DNA of 28,191 nucleotides, from NCBI GenBank assembly GCA_051294375.1, contig JBJCIZ010000090.1, positions 1 to 28,191 of the forward strand, written 5' to 3'. Source of the stretch: Paraspadella gotoi (Eukaryota; Animalia; Chaetognatha). The notes beneath the pieces are model-generated. The model was not told the origin of the DNA and made no database searches. It was given only the letters and a program-made list of their open reading frames with translations. Positions 1 to 12,032 of this stretch are shown here, piece after piece. How positions within the stretch are numbered: position 1 is the first letter of the stretch; the number at the start of each line of letters is the position of its first letter. The position numbers were made by a program, and so were the translations under genes.

Positions 1-300
1 CACTTCCGTCCACCACCCATACTTCCGGTATGACATGACGCTCATCGGAAAGGATGTACATCCGCATTCTCGGCATTTTTGCAATAGAACAGACCTTTTT
101 TTATCCTAACAATTCTTTTTATATTTTTATCGATATGACCATTCATGACGTCACACTTCCGACCACACCCACTACTCCCGGTATTACACGACGTCATCAC
201 TTTAGAACCACACCCACTACTCTCGTATTTATACGATTGGCATCAATTTTGACTGTACTAACTTCTTTTTGTATGGACATGACGTCATCACACGTCATCG
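1..300. promoter_or_regulatory. Cluster of CRE/ATF and ETS-like motifs with short direct repeats (possible subterminal/TIR region)
   Basis: TGACGTCA at 146 and 280, CGACGTCA at 189, CACTTCCG at 1 and 154, ACTTCCGG at 21, and ACCACACCCACTACTC at 162 and 207. Confidence 0.45.
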
Positions 301-959
301 GACTCTTTAGCGCGCTACGACTTTTTTCGTATGACACGGCGTTGTTATTATTGCATCATAACATATTTGCAATAGTATAGATTGCTTTTTCTAACGGACA
401 TCTTTTAATAACTTTATCATTGCTTTAGTATTTTAGATTATGTCATAGTTTTAAAAAACAAACTAGTCAGTATATTATTATATTAACATGTCTATATAAT
501 AAACTTAGAAACGTACTAAAATCAAGGTCATTGTTATTAACTTCGACTAGAAATGTGAAGGCGTGGCATCGAAAAGACGGACGGATTCGTAAACAATAAG
601 AACTTTATGAGGAAAATAAGGACTTGCAAAAGAAATGAACTAATAATGGTAATCGAATTGGAATACGATAGCAAAAATGCAACGGGGAAGCGAGCTTCCC
701 CGGTGGGATTTTTAACTTTAGGTATAAAGTTTGGCGGGGTCATGCGAAGCATGGGCCGCCAAACTTTAAATTAAAAACCTATCATTTCGGAGGACAACTT
801 GTTTGTCCTAACTAGAACAATTTGGTTCGCAAATCTTATTACAATTGTCGCATCTTATTGGAAACATATAATTTATCGCTTCGCTTTGAAATGTTTTAAA
901 AAATTTAAGAAAATCGACAATTAAAAAATGCCCCTTAATTATGAACGGTCCAAAGTCTT

Positions 960-1620
960 TGGCTTCGTGTAATTCGTCGTTCCTCGTTGTCGCACCTTTT
1001 GACCAGGGACGAAAACTTTATGTTGCTTCTTCTTCTTCGTTTTCTAACTGTAATATACTTCTAAGTAAATTTGTCCATCTCTATTCGTAGTGTGTCTTCG
1101 TCTTCTCCTGGATCGTCGAAATCATTTCTTTCAGGATCGCACATAAACTTGTTTAATTTTTGTAAAGACTTAGGGAAAATTCTTAAAGTCGTTGAGACTA
1201 AAAACTTTATTACAAGTTTCTACTGCGAATGGATCATTTGTTCTAAATTTAATTATTTTGAGCTTTTCTTTTTTTAGTTCCCATTATGTAACCCCCTTCG
1301 CACATTCATATTCTTACATTAATTCCATTTTTTTAGTTATAAATTTTTCATCTTATTGCGTTCTTCCAGTAAAATTATAATTAGCGAATTTTGATGGTTT
1401 TCTGGTTTCCCTTACCTGCAAAGTCTAATTCGCTTTTTCTTTCTTGACCGAGTTCTCTGATAAAAGAGTTTATTTTCTCTTCTGGATTTCTGCCACTTTT
1501 TATATGAGTTCATATGTTCGAGTTTTTCTCCTAATTGATCGCGTTTGCTTGTAGTTGCTCTTCGTTCAGACGTTTCATAAAATGGATAAATTCTTCTAGG
1601 TTACTCTTTTGATGCCATTT
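960..1620 (-). pseudogene. Frameshifted coding-like remnant of unknown function
   Basis: Protein-like segments lie in changing frames (NLEEFIHFMKRLNEEQLQ; KIIKFRTNDPFAVETCNKVFSLNDF; FMCDPERNDFDDPGEDEDTLRIEMD), with a CAG|GTAAG donor at about 1415. Confidence 0.3.
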
Positions 1621-2815
1621 AGAAATCTTTAAAGTCCATGAATTAATTTATTTATTGTAAAATCATGGGCTTGGTTTTTTAGTTTGTAATATATCAAATG
1701 TTTTTGATCTTTGGGCAATTTGTATAGTAAATTCTATTTTGATGACAAATGTTTAATGCGATCCGCTTGCTCGTGACGATTTTTAAAATGCGCTGTCTGA
1801 AAAAGGACTCACCGTCTTTTATGTTATATACCTGCTTATCTTTCTATTGCGGCAAATGGGCGTGAATGACCTGCCACTTACATTGACACGCTTATCCTTT
1901 AATAAAAAAGATTAAAGAGATGATATAAGATCGTTACGCACTAGAATCTATTCACGTAATAGAAATCCATTTGTAATGTGAAAAAAAAAATCCGTTTTCA
2001 ATATTATACAATAGACATTGGAATGCCATTTGCGCTGCCACATATATTTTTTTCTTGCTTAAAAGATTTAAAAACCTAGCGCATGGCCAATGTACTGCTT
2101 AAAAGATTTTACATAGATTCTTTATTTTGAAAAAAATGGAATCTTGTAACACTTGGCACTTAATCACCTGATCGCTGGTTTATTTAGTACATTTATCTAA
2201 CCTCATTAATATTTATTATGTTGCTATACATATATGAATCATTGTCAGCATTCTGTAGTCCATCACTCCATTTGTATCCATCCTAGATCAACGACTGTCA
2301 TCTCGTGATGTAAGAGAAATTAAAAAGGTGATTTAATACCTCTATTTTTAGAAAATAGTTTAATCTTTAATTTTTTTACCTATTTCTTCGGGTATCCTCA
2401 GAACGTCCGCTCCACTGCTTCGCTCGGGTCCATCCCTCTTCTTTCTCTCTTCTTTCTTCTTCTATGTCTCTTTCGCCTTCCTCCTTTCTCTGTTTGCTAG
2501 CTTCTCTCTCTACTCCCTCATAAATTCTGTCGTATTTCGTCTTTCCATTTCAAATTCTTCTTGTTTCTCGTGTGTCTCTCTTTATCTTAAGTTCTTGTTT
2601 CATCCTGTTTCTTGCGCGGCATGCACACCCATTCTACAAGCCATCTTGCACTCTGCTGTAATTATTGAGAATCGCTCTTGCCACTTCTCTTCATTTCCGT
2701 CTCTCTTTCCCTCGAACTCGTTCGTGAGGCTACTTGGCAGTAAAGTTGTAATTCTGTCCATCTCTTCGTTTCGGTTATTTCTTTGCCATTATCGCTGAGT
2801 CGAAGTGGTTTGCTA

Positions 2816-3887
2816 AATATTCGCTGCTACCCCACTCTCTTTTCCTCTCACCTTGCCTTGCTCTCTTCTTTCAATTAAGTCCTTGTCATTTCTAGGTATT
2901 CTTCTCTGTCCTCTGCCTTGAAAATTCCATGTTCTACGCCTCTTTAATGACAGATCCGGATGCCCAATTGGAGCAAAGACGATCACTTGACGACGTATGA
3001 TGATTATATCGAAAATTAGAAGAAGTTCTTTTCCATTCTAATTGTCTAATATGTATACCTATTGAATTTAATGAAATCTATATTAGCCGCGCCATCTTTT
3101 ATAAGATGTATATAGAAAATATTTACTCACGCGGTTGTCGATGGGAGTGCTGAAGAATTCGATGAGGGCGTCGTTTTCGTAGCGTTTTTCTTCGTTGGAT
3201 TCCTCTCGTTGAAAGACTTGATGACTGTTCTTCGTTGGCTTGGATCTTGTAATACTGTGCTGATGAAAATGAGGGAAGAGGTGTGTTGGACTGCGACTGT
3301 GGATGGTTCTTCTGTCGATGAAATCGAAGTTGGCCTCTCGGTTGCAATTTGTAGCTCGTAGATATGTGTGATAAAGGATGTGGATTAATGAGTTTGATGT
3401 AGTTGATTTGTGGACGTGTGTTTATTGAAGCTCGTAATATCCATGCGATGAAATTGATGGAAGAGGTGTGGTTGGACTCAATTGTGATGCGTCTAGTTGA
3501 AGAAATCAAGTTGGGCCTTCGTTGCAGATTGGACTTGTAAACATCTCGACGAATGGATTGATGAACGTCTGGATTGTGGTTGATTTGTGGGCGACGTTGT
3601 CGTGGAAAAGATTGTAGTTCTTTGTAGTGGAGTATTGCTGTGTCGTATTTGTGACTTAAAGTGGATGGATAAGATTTGCATTCGTTAATACCTCGAGATG
3701 ATTGATGATCTTGCATGTTGTTAAATGTGGGCGACGTTATTGAAGAGAGTGAGTCCTTTGTTAGAGCAAATGAAGTGGGAGTAGAAGTCGTGAATAGGGA
3801 GTTTATCGAAGTGACGATTGCCGGCGTTGTCGTTGACGTCAGTGAGACTTTCGTCGAGCGTTTCCAAGGCGGAATGTNNNNNNNNNN
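2816..3887 (-). CDS. Ser/Thr-rich hypothetical protein, probably spliced and indel-damaged; ATG hidden in the N gap
   Basis: A 266-codon ORF. The duplicate copy reads GCGATGAACATT.. at the position of the gap. There is a donor-like GTGAGT near 3130 and an acceptor-like TCAATAG near 3060, with an open frame beyond. Confidence 0.4.
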
Positions 3888-6800
3888 AATTGTTTCCAAC
3901 TTTAAGAGAAAAAAAAAATTCATTCTTTTGCCAATTGAAAGGCGAAAAAGATAATAAACAATAGACCTACATCGCCAGGTCCTAAACTCCTAAGATGTTT
4001 GGAATTAAAGAAAAGAATGAATGATGACAAAGAGATGCATCCTTTGAAAATGGCGGAAAGGAGACGCGAAGGCGGTGGAATGAATGAATGCGAGAACAAT
4101 CGAAATAAAAGATTCGGATTAAAAAGAAACTTAAAAAAAAAGTTGTCTGGGGATAAGAAAGAATAATGTCTTTTGGCCCGCCTCTAAAAAACCCTTATCT
4201 TTAGAATTTGATCTCTTCTTTAAGACGAACATTCCGCAATGTATTTTGGGGGGGAAAAAGGGTTTAAACTTTTAACAATCTACTTTGTTAAAATTCTACC
4301 ATCTACTTTATTTTTTTTTTAATCCCTTTTTTTTTTCGTTTGTCGCCCTCGCAGATTTCTCATGGGACGTCATCGGAAAGGAATGTACTATCCGCATTTC
4401 TCGGCATTTTCGCAATGATAATTAACCTTTTTTTTATCTCTAACAATTTCTTTTTATAATTTTTACCGAACTATGCACATGATCCGTCATCCACTTCGAC
4501 CTTACACCCACTACTCCCGGCTATTACACGCACGACGTCCATCACTTTAGGACCAACCACTACCTCTCCGGTATTATACGACACGTCATCAATTTTGACT
4601 GTACTAACTTCTTTTTGTATATGACATGCACCGTCATCACCACGTCATCGACTCTTTAGCGCGCCCTACGACTTGTTTTCGTATGACACGGGTCGTTCCG
4701 TTTGTATATTGCATTCATAACATATTTGCCACAAGCTATAGACTTGTCTTTTTTCTAACGGCAATTCTTTTATTAATAACTTTATCAAATTGCTCTTTAG
4801 TATTTTAGATAATGTCACTAGTTTAAAAAAAACCAAACTACGTCAGTTATTTAATATTTAACGATTGTCTATATAATAAACTTAGAAACGTTAACTCGAA
4901 AAACACAGAATCATTTGTTATTAAACTCGACTAAGAAAATGTGAAGGCCGATAGTCTTATCCGAAAGACGACGATCGTTAAACAAAAAGAACATTTTTAT
5001 TGACGAAAATATAGGACATGCAAAGAAATGGAAACTAATAATGGTAAACTCGAATTTGGAACTACGAAGCAAACAATCCACAAAGGCGGACGAAGCTTCC
5101 CCTGGGCGGATTTTAATTAGTATTAAAGTTTGGCGGTCACGCGAAGCGCATGGGCGCCTAACTTTAAATTAAAAACCTTTCAATTCGGAGACAACTTGTT
5201 TGTCCTCTAGAAAATTGTCGGCAAATCTTATTTACAATTGTCGCATCTGGTATGTCAAACATATCAATTATCGCTTCCGCCTTTGAAATGTTAAAAATTT
5301 AAAAATCGACAATTAAACAAATGCCCCTTAATATGAGCCGGTTCAAAGTCTTCTGCTTCGAGCTAATTCGTCGTCCTCGTTGTCGCCCTTGTTTGACCCA
5401 GGACCGGAAATGAATGTTCTTCTTCATTCTTCAGATTTTATACGTCAATATACTTCTAAGTCAAAATTTGCTCCATCATCTATTCGTAGTTGTGTCTTCG
5501 TCTTTCTCCTTTGATCGTTCGAAATCGATTCTTTCAGTGATCGCCACATAAACTTGTTTTAATTTTGTTAAAGGACATTAGTGGAATAATCTCTTTAAAG
5601 TCGTTGAGACTAAAACTTCTATTACAAGTTTCTACGCGCAATGGGATCATTTTTTTCTAATCTTAATTATTTTGAGCTTTTCATTTTTTAGTCCGCCATT
5701 ATGTAAACCCCTTCGCACATTTACATATTCTTGATTTAATTCACATTCTTTTAGTTATAAATTTTTCAATCTTATTGCGTATTCTTCCCAGTAAAAATAG
5801 TATTACGCGATTGATGTTTTTCGTTTCCCCTTACTGCAAAGTCTGAATTCGCCTTTTTTCTTGACCGAGTTCTCCTGATAAGAGTTTATTTCTCTCTGGA
5901 TTTTTGCCACCTTTTTTATTATTGAGTTTCAATTTCGAGTTTTTTCTCCTATTGATCGCGTTTGCCTTGAAGTGCTCTTTCGTTCAGACGTTTCCATAAA
6001 TGGATAAATTCTTCTAGGTGTTTACTCTTTTGACTGCATTTAGAAAATCTTTTAAAGTCCATGCAAATAATTTATTTATGCTAAAATAATCTTTGGTTTT
6101 GTTAGTTTTAATATGCAAATTTTTTGATCTTTGGCAATTTGATATAAAATTCTAATTTTGATGACAATTTTTATAATGCGATCGCTTCTCGCTGACATTT
6201 TTTAAAATGCGCTCTGTCGAAAGGACGATCACCGTCTATTATTTATATACCGCTACTTCTATGCGCAAATGGGGCAGTGAATACCCTCACCCTACATACA
6301 CCTTATCCTTTAATAAAAAAGATTAAGAGATTTAAATCCTACGCACGAATTTTACTATTCACTTAAAAAAATCCATTTGTATTTGAAAGAAAAAATGCTC
6401 CGGCTTTCCTATTATACAAATAACGATAATGCCATTCGCCCCACATATATCTTTTTTCTTGCTTAAAAGATTTAAAACCTACGGCATGAGCCAATTGTAC
6501 GTCTTAAAAGATTTTACATAGATTCTTTTATTTTGAAAAAAAGATCCTCGTAACACTTGGCACTTAACACCTTGACGCTGGTTTTATCTTAGTACATTTA
6601 TCTAACTCATAATATATTATGATTCGCACTATACAATATATACATGTCACCATTCGATAGTCCATCACCTCCATTCTGATCATCCCAGATCACACGACGT
6701 CATCTCTGAATGAAGAGAAATAAAAAGTGAATTTTAACTACCTCTACTTTTTAAAAATAGTTTACAACTTTAATTTTCTTTAACCTATTTCTCGTAATCC

Positions 6801-8763
6801 CTCCAAACTCGCTCCACTCTTCGCCGGGCCATCCCTCTTTCATTCCTCTTCTCATCTCTTCTATGTCTCTATCGCCTCCCCTTTTCTCTTCAGCTCTCTC
6901 TCTACTCCGCTCATAAATCTTCGTATTCCTCTTCCATTTCAATTCTTTCCTTAGTTTTCTCGTTCTCCTTCTACAAATCTTGTTTCAATCCTGTTCTTCG
7001 CCCATCACACCCATTCACACCCATCCAAGCTCTGCTGTAATATTGAAATCCTCTTCCACCTTTCTTCTTCCTCTCTCTCTTCCCCCGGAACTTCGGAGCT
7101 ACTGCAGTCTAATTGTAAGTTTCTTCTCATGCTCTTGTGCGTTATTCTCTGCCATTATCCTGAGCGAAGGTGGTTCCTAAATATTCCTCTACCCCACCTC
7201 TTTCCTCTTCACCTTCCTCTCTCTCTTCAATTCAGCCTTCTGTCATTTCTTAACTATCTCTTTCTCCTCTCCTGAAAATCCATTTGTCTCTACGCCTCTT
7301 TAAGCTAAGATTCCGATGCCCATTGCACAACAGACGATCACCGACGACGATTGCTATGATTAACGAAATTAGCAAGTCTTTTACCATTCTAATTTTAACA
7401 TTAACCTATTAATAAAAACTATATTAGCCCCCATCTTTATAATATTAAAAAAAATATTTACTCACTCGTTGCTCGATGGATGCTGAAGAGTCGGAGGCAG
7501 CCGTTTTCGTTAGCCCGTTTTTTCTCGTGGATCCTCTCGTTTGAAAAAGACCTGAACGTTCTTCTAGTTGGCGTTGGACTTGTAATACCTCGACTGAAAT
7601 GAGGGAAGAGGTGTGGTTGGACTCTACTGGTGGATTGCGTCTCGTCCGCATGAAAATCCAAGTTGGCCCTCGTTTGCCCAATGGACTCGTAATATGTGAC
7701 TAAGGATGTGGATAGTATGATGATGTAGTTGCATTTGTGGGACTGTGTTATTGGGACTCTAATACCCGATGAAATGATGGAACGAGGTGCTTGGTTGGAC
7801 TTCAAATTGTGGATGCGTCTAGTTGAAAGAACTCAAGTTGGCTTTCGTTGCAATGGGACTTGTACAACTCGACAAACATGATTGATGACACTCGATTGTG
7901 GCCTTGATTTGTGGGCCGACGTTGTCCGTGGAAAAGATTGAGTTCTTGTGTATGTGAGTAATTGCTGTCGTATTTGTACATAAATGTGGGGGGAATGGAG
8001 ATTTGGATTCGATATATATCCCTGATGATGATCGATGTTGTTAAGTGTGGGCCTCCGCGACGTTATTGAAGAAGTGAGTCTCTTGTTAGAGCTAAATGAA
8101 GTGGAGTTAGAAGTCGCCTCTTGATGATTAAGGAGTTTTATCTGCAACAAGGTGACGATTGCACGGCGCTTGCCGTTGGAGTCTAAATAATCGTCTGAGT
8201 GAGGACTTTCGGACTCGAGCGTTTCCAAGGCGAATGTTCATCGCGGACAATTGTCTTTCCAACCTTTAAAGAGAAAAAAAAAATTCATTCTCNNNNNNNN
8301 NNNNNNNNNNNNNNNNNTCTTTTGCCAATTGAAAGGCGAAAAAGATAATAAACAATAGACCTACATCGCCAGGTCCTAAATCTCCTAAGATGTTTGGAAT
8401 TAAAGAAAAGAAATGAATGATGACAAAGAGATGCATCCTTTGAAAATGGCGGAAAGGAGACGCGAAGGCGGTGGAATGAATGAATGCGAGAACAATCGAA
8501 AATAAAAGATTCGGATTAAAAAGAAACTTAAAAAAAAAGTTGTCTGGTGATAAGAAAGAATAATGTCTTTTGGCCCGCCTCTAAAAAAAACCCTTATCTT
8601 TAGAATTTGATCTCTTCTTTAAGACGAACATTCCGCAATGTATTTTGGGGGGGGAAAAAGGGTTTAAACTTTTACAATCTACTTTGTTAAAATTCTACCA
8701 TCTACTTTATTTTTTTTTAATCCCTTTTTTTTTTCGTTTGTCGCCCTCGCAGATTTCTCATGC

Positions 8764-8798
8764 TATAAAAAGCCTCGTCTTTTTTGATCTTTTCAGAT
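8764..8798 (+). promoter_or_regulatory. TATA box plus initiator for the + strand arm
   Basis: TATAAAAAGCC at 8764, TTCAGATT with its A at 8795 (31 nt from the TATA start), and the RING ATG at 8827. Confidence 0.6.
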
Positions 8799-8826
8799 TG
8801 TCGGTTTTTAAGATCATTTTCTTTAT

Positions 8827-9597
8827 ATGGAGGTTGACCAAGACATTGTTACATCTTTAAGTTGTCCAGTTTGTTTTTTGCATTTTACGACGAAAGATAA
8901 AATTTATACCTGCACTCAAGGTGAGAATAAAAAATGTGTGTCTTTTGTTTTTTTTTTAATTTTTTTATTTTCTCATCGATCCAAAAGATCGCTCTTATTA
9001 AAGTATTTTCTCGTTTAAAAACATAAGATTCCCTTTTCCCCTTACCCTGTTAAAAATAGGGCACCCCATCTGTTCTCAATGTTTTGAAAAAATTATTTGC
9101 AATAAAAACCCAACCTGCGCAATCTGTCGAAATTCGGTAATTAATATTAAGAAGTTAATGGAATAAAATAGAAATATTGTATATGGTTTATTTATTTAGT
9201 TTATAACTCGCTGCGAAATTTGCCATCAGTTTAAGTTTACAACATATTCAAGAGGCAGAGCTTTGGAAGAAGCTATCGCCATCATTGAAAAAAACAAGTA
9301 ACACCCCATTAATGATACCATTATTAATATTATTCTTTAAATATTTATATCTGTCTCTATCTCAGATCTGACATCCAATCTCGTGACTTGACCATTAATT
9401 TCTTACAAAGTTCTTTAAGAGAAAATCAATTGGACTTGATTCGTTTAAGAAGAGAAATTAGACGCAGAGATGAATTCGAACAAAACAATGCCCGCAAAAA
9501 GGTTAATACCTATGTCTATATCATTAATTTATATATTTTTATTATCAAGGTTTGTATTATTTAGGCGCTTGGATTTGACATCGAGTCAGGGAGATGA
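8827..9597 (+). CDS. C3HC4 RING-finger plus coiled-coil protein (putative E3 ubiquitin ligase), 5 exons (8827-8920, 9060-9136, 9200-9297, 9366-9501, 9565-9597), 145 aa
   Basis: The spliced product reads CPVC-x12-CTQG|HPICSQC-x10-CAICR, then CEIC..RGRALEEAIA and a charged helical segment. All four introns are GT..AG and the exon sum of 438 nt is in frame. Confidence 0.85.
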
Positions 9598-9734
9598 CGT
9601 AATTCCTATCGATCAATCGGTCGTTTTAATCGAAAACGATTTCTTAGCGGACAATGTCGCCAATCAGAGTGCCGGCAGTGTCTCGTCGACAATGGCTAAG
9701 AAGCAATGCAAGAGGTAAATGAAAAAAATATATA

Positions 9735-9765
<31 letters not shown>

Positions 9766-10393
9766 GACTTTTTTCTCTCGCTTAATCTTTTTAATTTTAC
9801 TTTTTTTAAGACCTCAAAATCTGTCTCTACGCCAATCAACCCTACACGAGTCAGATGGATTTGACGACATGCATCGTGGGTCAAAGATGGTCTTGTCTGA
9901 CTACTGGGTTCTTTCTCCCTACGTCATTGTCAAGTTCACCGAGGATGAGAGTGGCATTTGGATCTACAAGGAGAGATACATCCCTAATCCTCATATTGGC
10001 CACGGAGATGCATCGGTTACTACGATCGTTTCAAAATCTCGAGCCATCGAACCGGTCACAAAAATCACCGTGAACAAAGAGGAGATGGAACGTCTCATTC
10101 ATCTGTACGAAACGAAAGCCAAAGACGAGCTGAAGAAGCTGGAGAGTCTCAGCGACATCGCCGACACAGTTAACGGCCCGCGTTATGCCGTGACGGAGAG
10201 TTTGGGAATTTCGATGAGCGTCTACAAGACTAAGGACGACTCGTCGAAGGTTAACGTGTCTTTGCGTCCATATTTTATGGATCCAAATCTGGGTTTGCTA
10301 TTCGTCACGTCTAATCTGGCCGGAATCTCTTTAAGCGCCGATGAATTCCATGGATTGCTTAAATTGATTCAAAAGATCGTCAAAGTGATCTAA
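9470..10393 (+). CDS. PC4/Sub1-like ssDNA-binding protein (probably tandem domains), 3 exons (9470 or 9488-9501, 9565-9714, 9811-10393), about 250 aa
   Basis: The C-terminal VNVSLRPYFMDPNLG..AGISLSADEFHGL resembles the PC4 pattern vdIReyy.d....kGISL..eqw..L. Introns 9502-9564 and 9715-9810 keep the frame (765 nt). Confidence 0.75.
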
Positions 10394-10563
10394 AAAAAAA
10401 AAAACTTAAAAAGAAACATTAATAATCGTTTATAATTGGGAAATGCCATCTATGTAATCGTTACTATTAAGCTTGCAAAAAAAAAAAAATAAAATAAAAT
10501 AAAATGCGCGCGCATTATGCTTAATCATATTATTATTAATATATCAGATGAAAAGAAAAAAAA

Positions 10564-11386
10564 ATGGACGACGCCGAGATAGATTCGCTTAAAGAGGAAG
10601 ACTTTGTCGATGATTCGTCAAAAGACTTTTGGTTTATGACTCCGGGAGTGGGCGTGAGAGTCTCTTCGCCACCGAGAAGTTATCACAAATCGCATTTTGG
10701 CTTTTTAGCGAAACGTCTTCTTCAGTCTCTCATCGAGGTGGATCGAATCTTTCACGACAATTTTCGCCCCGCTCGATCACGCCGCTAACTTGACCGACGT
10801 AATCTATCGTCGTCGTCGGAGCGATTCGCCTCAATCCTGGCGAGAGGCGAAGGAAGATGTTTGTAGAACTCTGAGCACCTGCGCGGCGCCCGACCTTCAT
10901 TTATTGGGGATGTTTATGGATAGGGCTCTTTACGACGCTACTTCGATGACCGATATTATATCTGGTTTAAAACTAACTCAAAACTATTTTTCTCAAAACA
11001 ACGAAAATAGTCGTCATCTTCCGAAGGAAATGATTGTCATTCTCAGCACCATTGGTTGTGAGCTTCATCATTTATGTAAATGGTTCGAACGTTACGACGC
11101 CTGCTTGCCTTTAGCCATTTTGCTAAATGCGGAGGGAAAGATTTGGCGTTACAATGTTATCAGTCATAACAACATCTTTAAGGAGGACAATAAAAATCTT
11201 TTTAATAAGTATCATTTATATTGGCAGAGAGAAGTAAATATTTTGTGTCATGTAAATTCTCCTCACGTTTATTTTTCAGATCCGTATGAGGGTAATTGTA
11301 CTTGTAAATATTTTGAAGGTAGAATTTATAAAACAAGAATTTTAAATTTTTTAAATTGTGCGATTACACCCCCCTCTCTCGTTTAG
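10564..11386 (+). CDS. Hypothetical protein, probably one gene of about 270 aa broken by a 1-nt indel near 10765
   Basis: The 74-aa ORF with an A-rich ATG context abuts a 198-aa ORF that begins at TTG and whose frame is already open upstream (DHAANLTDVIY). No family recognised. Confidence 0.5.
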
Positions 11387-11388
11387 AC

Positions 11389-11994
11389 ATGACAGATTTT
11401 GTTCTCGTAGCTCTTCAAATTCTTAATAAATTTGGAAACGTCACCTTGGGAATTGATCAGATATACTTATCTCTCACTAAACTGGTTTATAACGTTGGAA
11501 GAAAGGACGACAAAAACTGTCAAATATCTCACGTCGTGTGTCTATTGGAAGATCTGTCTACTAACATTCTTTACGCAAAACTAAAACTGAACAAATATAA
11601 AAAATGTAAATATTTAGCGCATCAAAATATAAACCTCTTTCAGCGAGTCTTCGAAATGGTGGAAAATCGCCCAGTCAAACGAGAAATCGACCATCGTCTC
11701 AAAGATCTGTATCGCGGCGTCGTTGTCTCGATGCTCCACGATCTTTCTCGCTTCGTCATTAAAATTCGACACATCAGAAAATGCATGGAAACTATTAACG
11801 GTTCTTTAAAACATATGGGCGTACAAGCGATGGCCTTTCGTTATTTGCTTCCCACTATCAGTACTCTCGGCAATGTGGTTACTTTGACAGACAATGTTAT
11901 GAATGCCGTTTATAGCGATTGGTGTAATGATTTTCAATCTTCTTTGGGTTTAATGACGGAAGAAAAAGTTAATCAATTTAGACTATTTAATTAA
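11389..11994 (+). CDS. Hypothetical helical protein, 201 aa from ATG 11389
   Basis: Uninterrupted ORF with globular composition, packed between the previous stop (11386) and the pPolB start. No family recognised. Confidence 0.65.
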   Translation: MTDFVLVALQILNKFGNVTLGIDQIYLSLTKLVYNVGRKDDKNCQISHVVCLLEDLSTNILYAKLKLNKYKKCKYLAHQNINLFQRVFEMVENRPVKREIDHRLKDLYRGVVVSMLHDLSRFVIKIRHIRKCMETINGSLKHMGVQAMAFRYLLPTISTLGNVVTLTDNVMNAVYSDWCNDFQSSLGLMTEEKVNQFRLFN

Positions 11995-12032
11995 TATGTT
12001 AATTTCACTCTCTTTCTCTTTCTTTAGATCAA

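Larger units (their letters stand above)
1..8762 (+). repeat. Tandem duplication of about 4.35 kb (1-4364 vs 4365-8762), second copy very indel-rich
   Basis: Colinear similarity throughout. 3924-4364 is nearly identical to 8318-8762, whereas 4365-8292 differs from copy 1 by dense 1-2 nt indels. Confidence 0.92.

Noticed and set aside
960-3120. Alternative genetic code (stop reassignment) to explain interrupted coding-like sequence
   Set aside because: All three stops interrupt these frames, and the core genes end at ordinary TAA/TGA exactly where homology ends. Indels explain it better.
4365-8317. 4.35-kb tandem duplication as a biological event or concatemer
   Set aside because: The second copy has dense random 1-2 nt indels like an uncorrected long read and ends at an N gap, after which near-identical sequence resumes. 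It is most likely a gap-filling/assembly artefact; read depth would decide.
10790-11386. LxCxE retinoblastoma-binding motif
   Set aside because: The closest sequence, IGCEL, lacks the LxCxE spacing.
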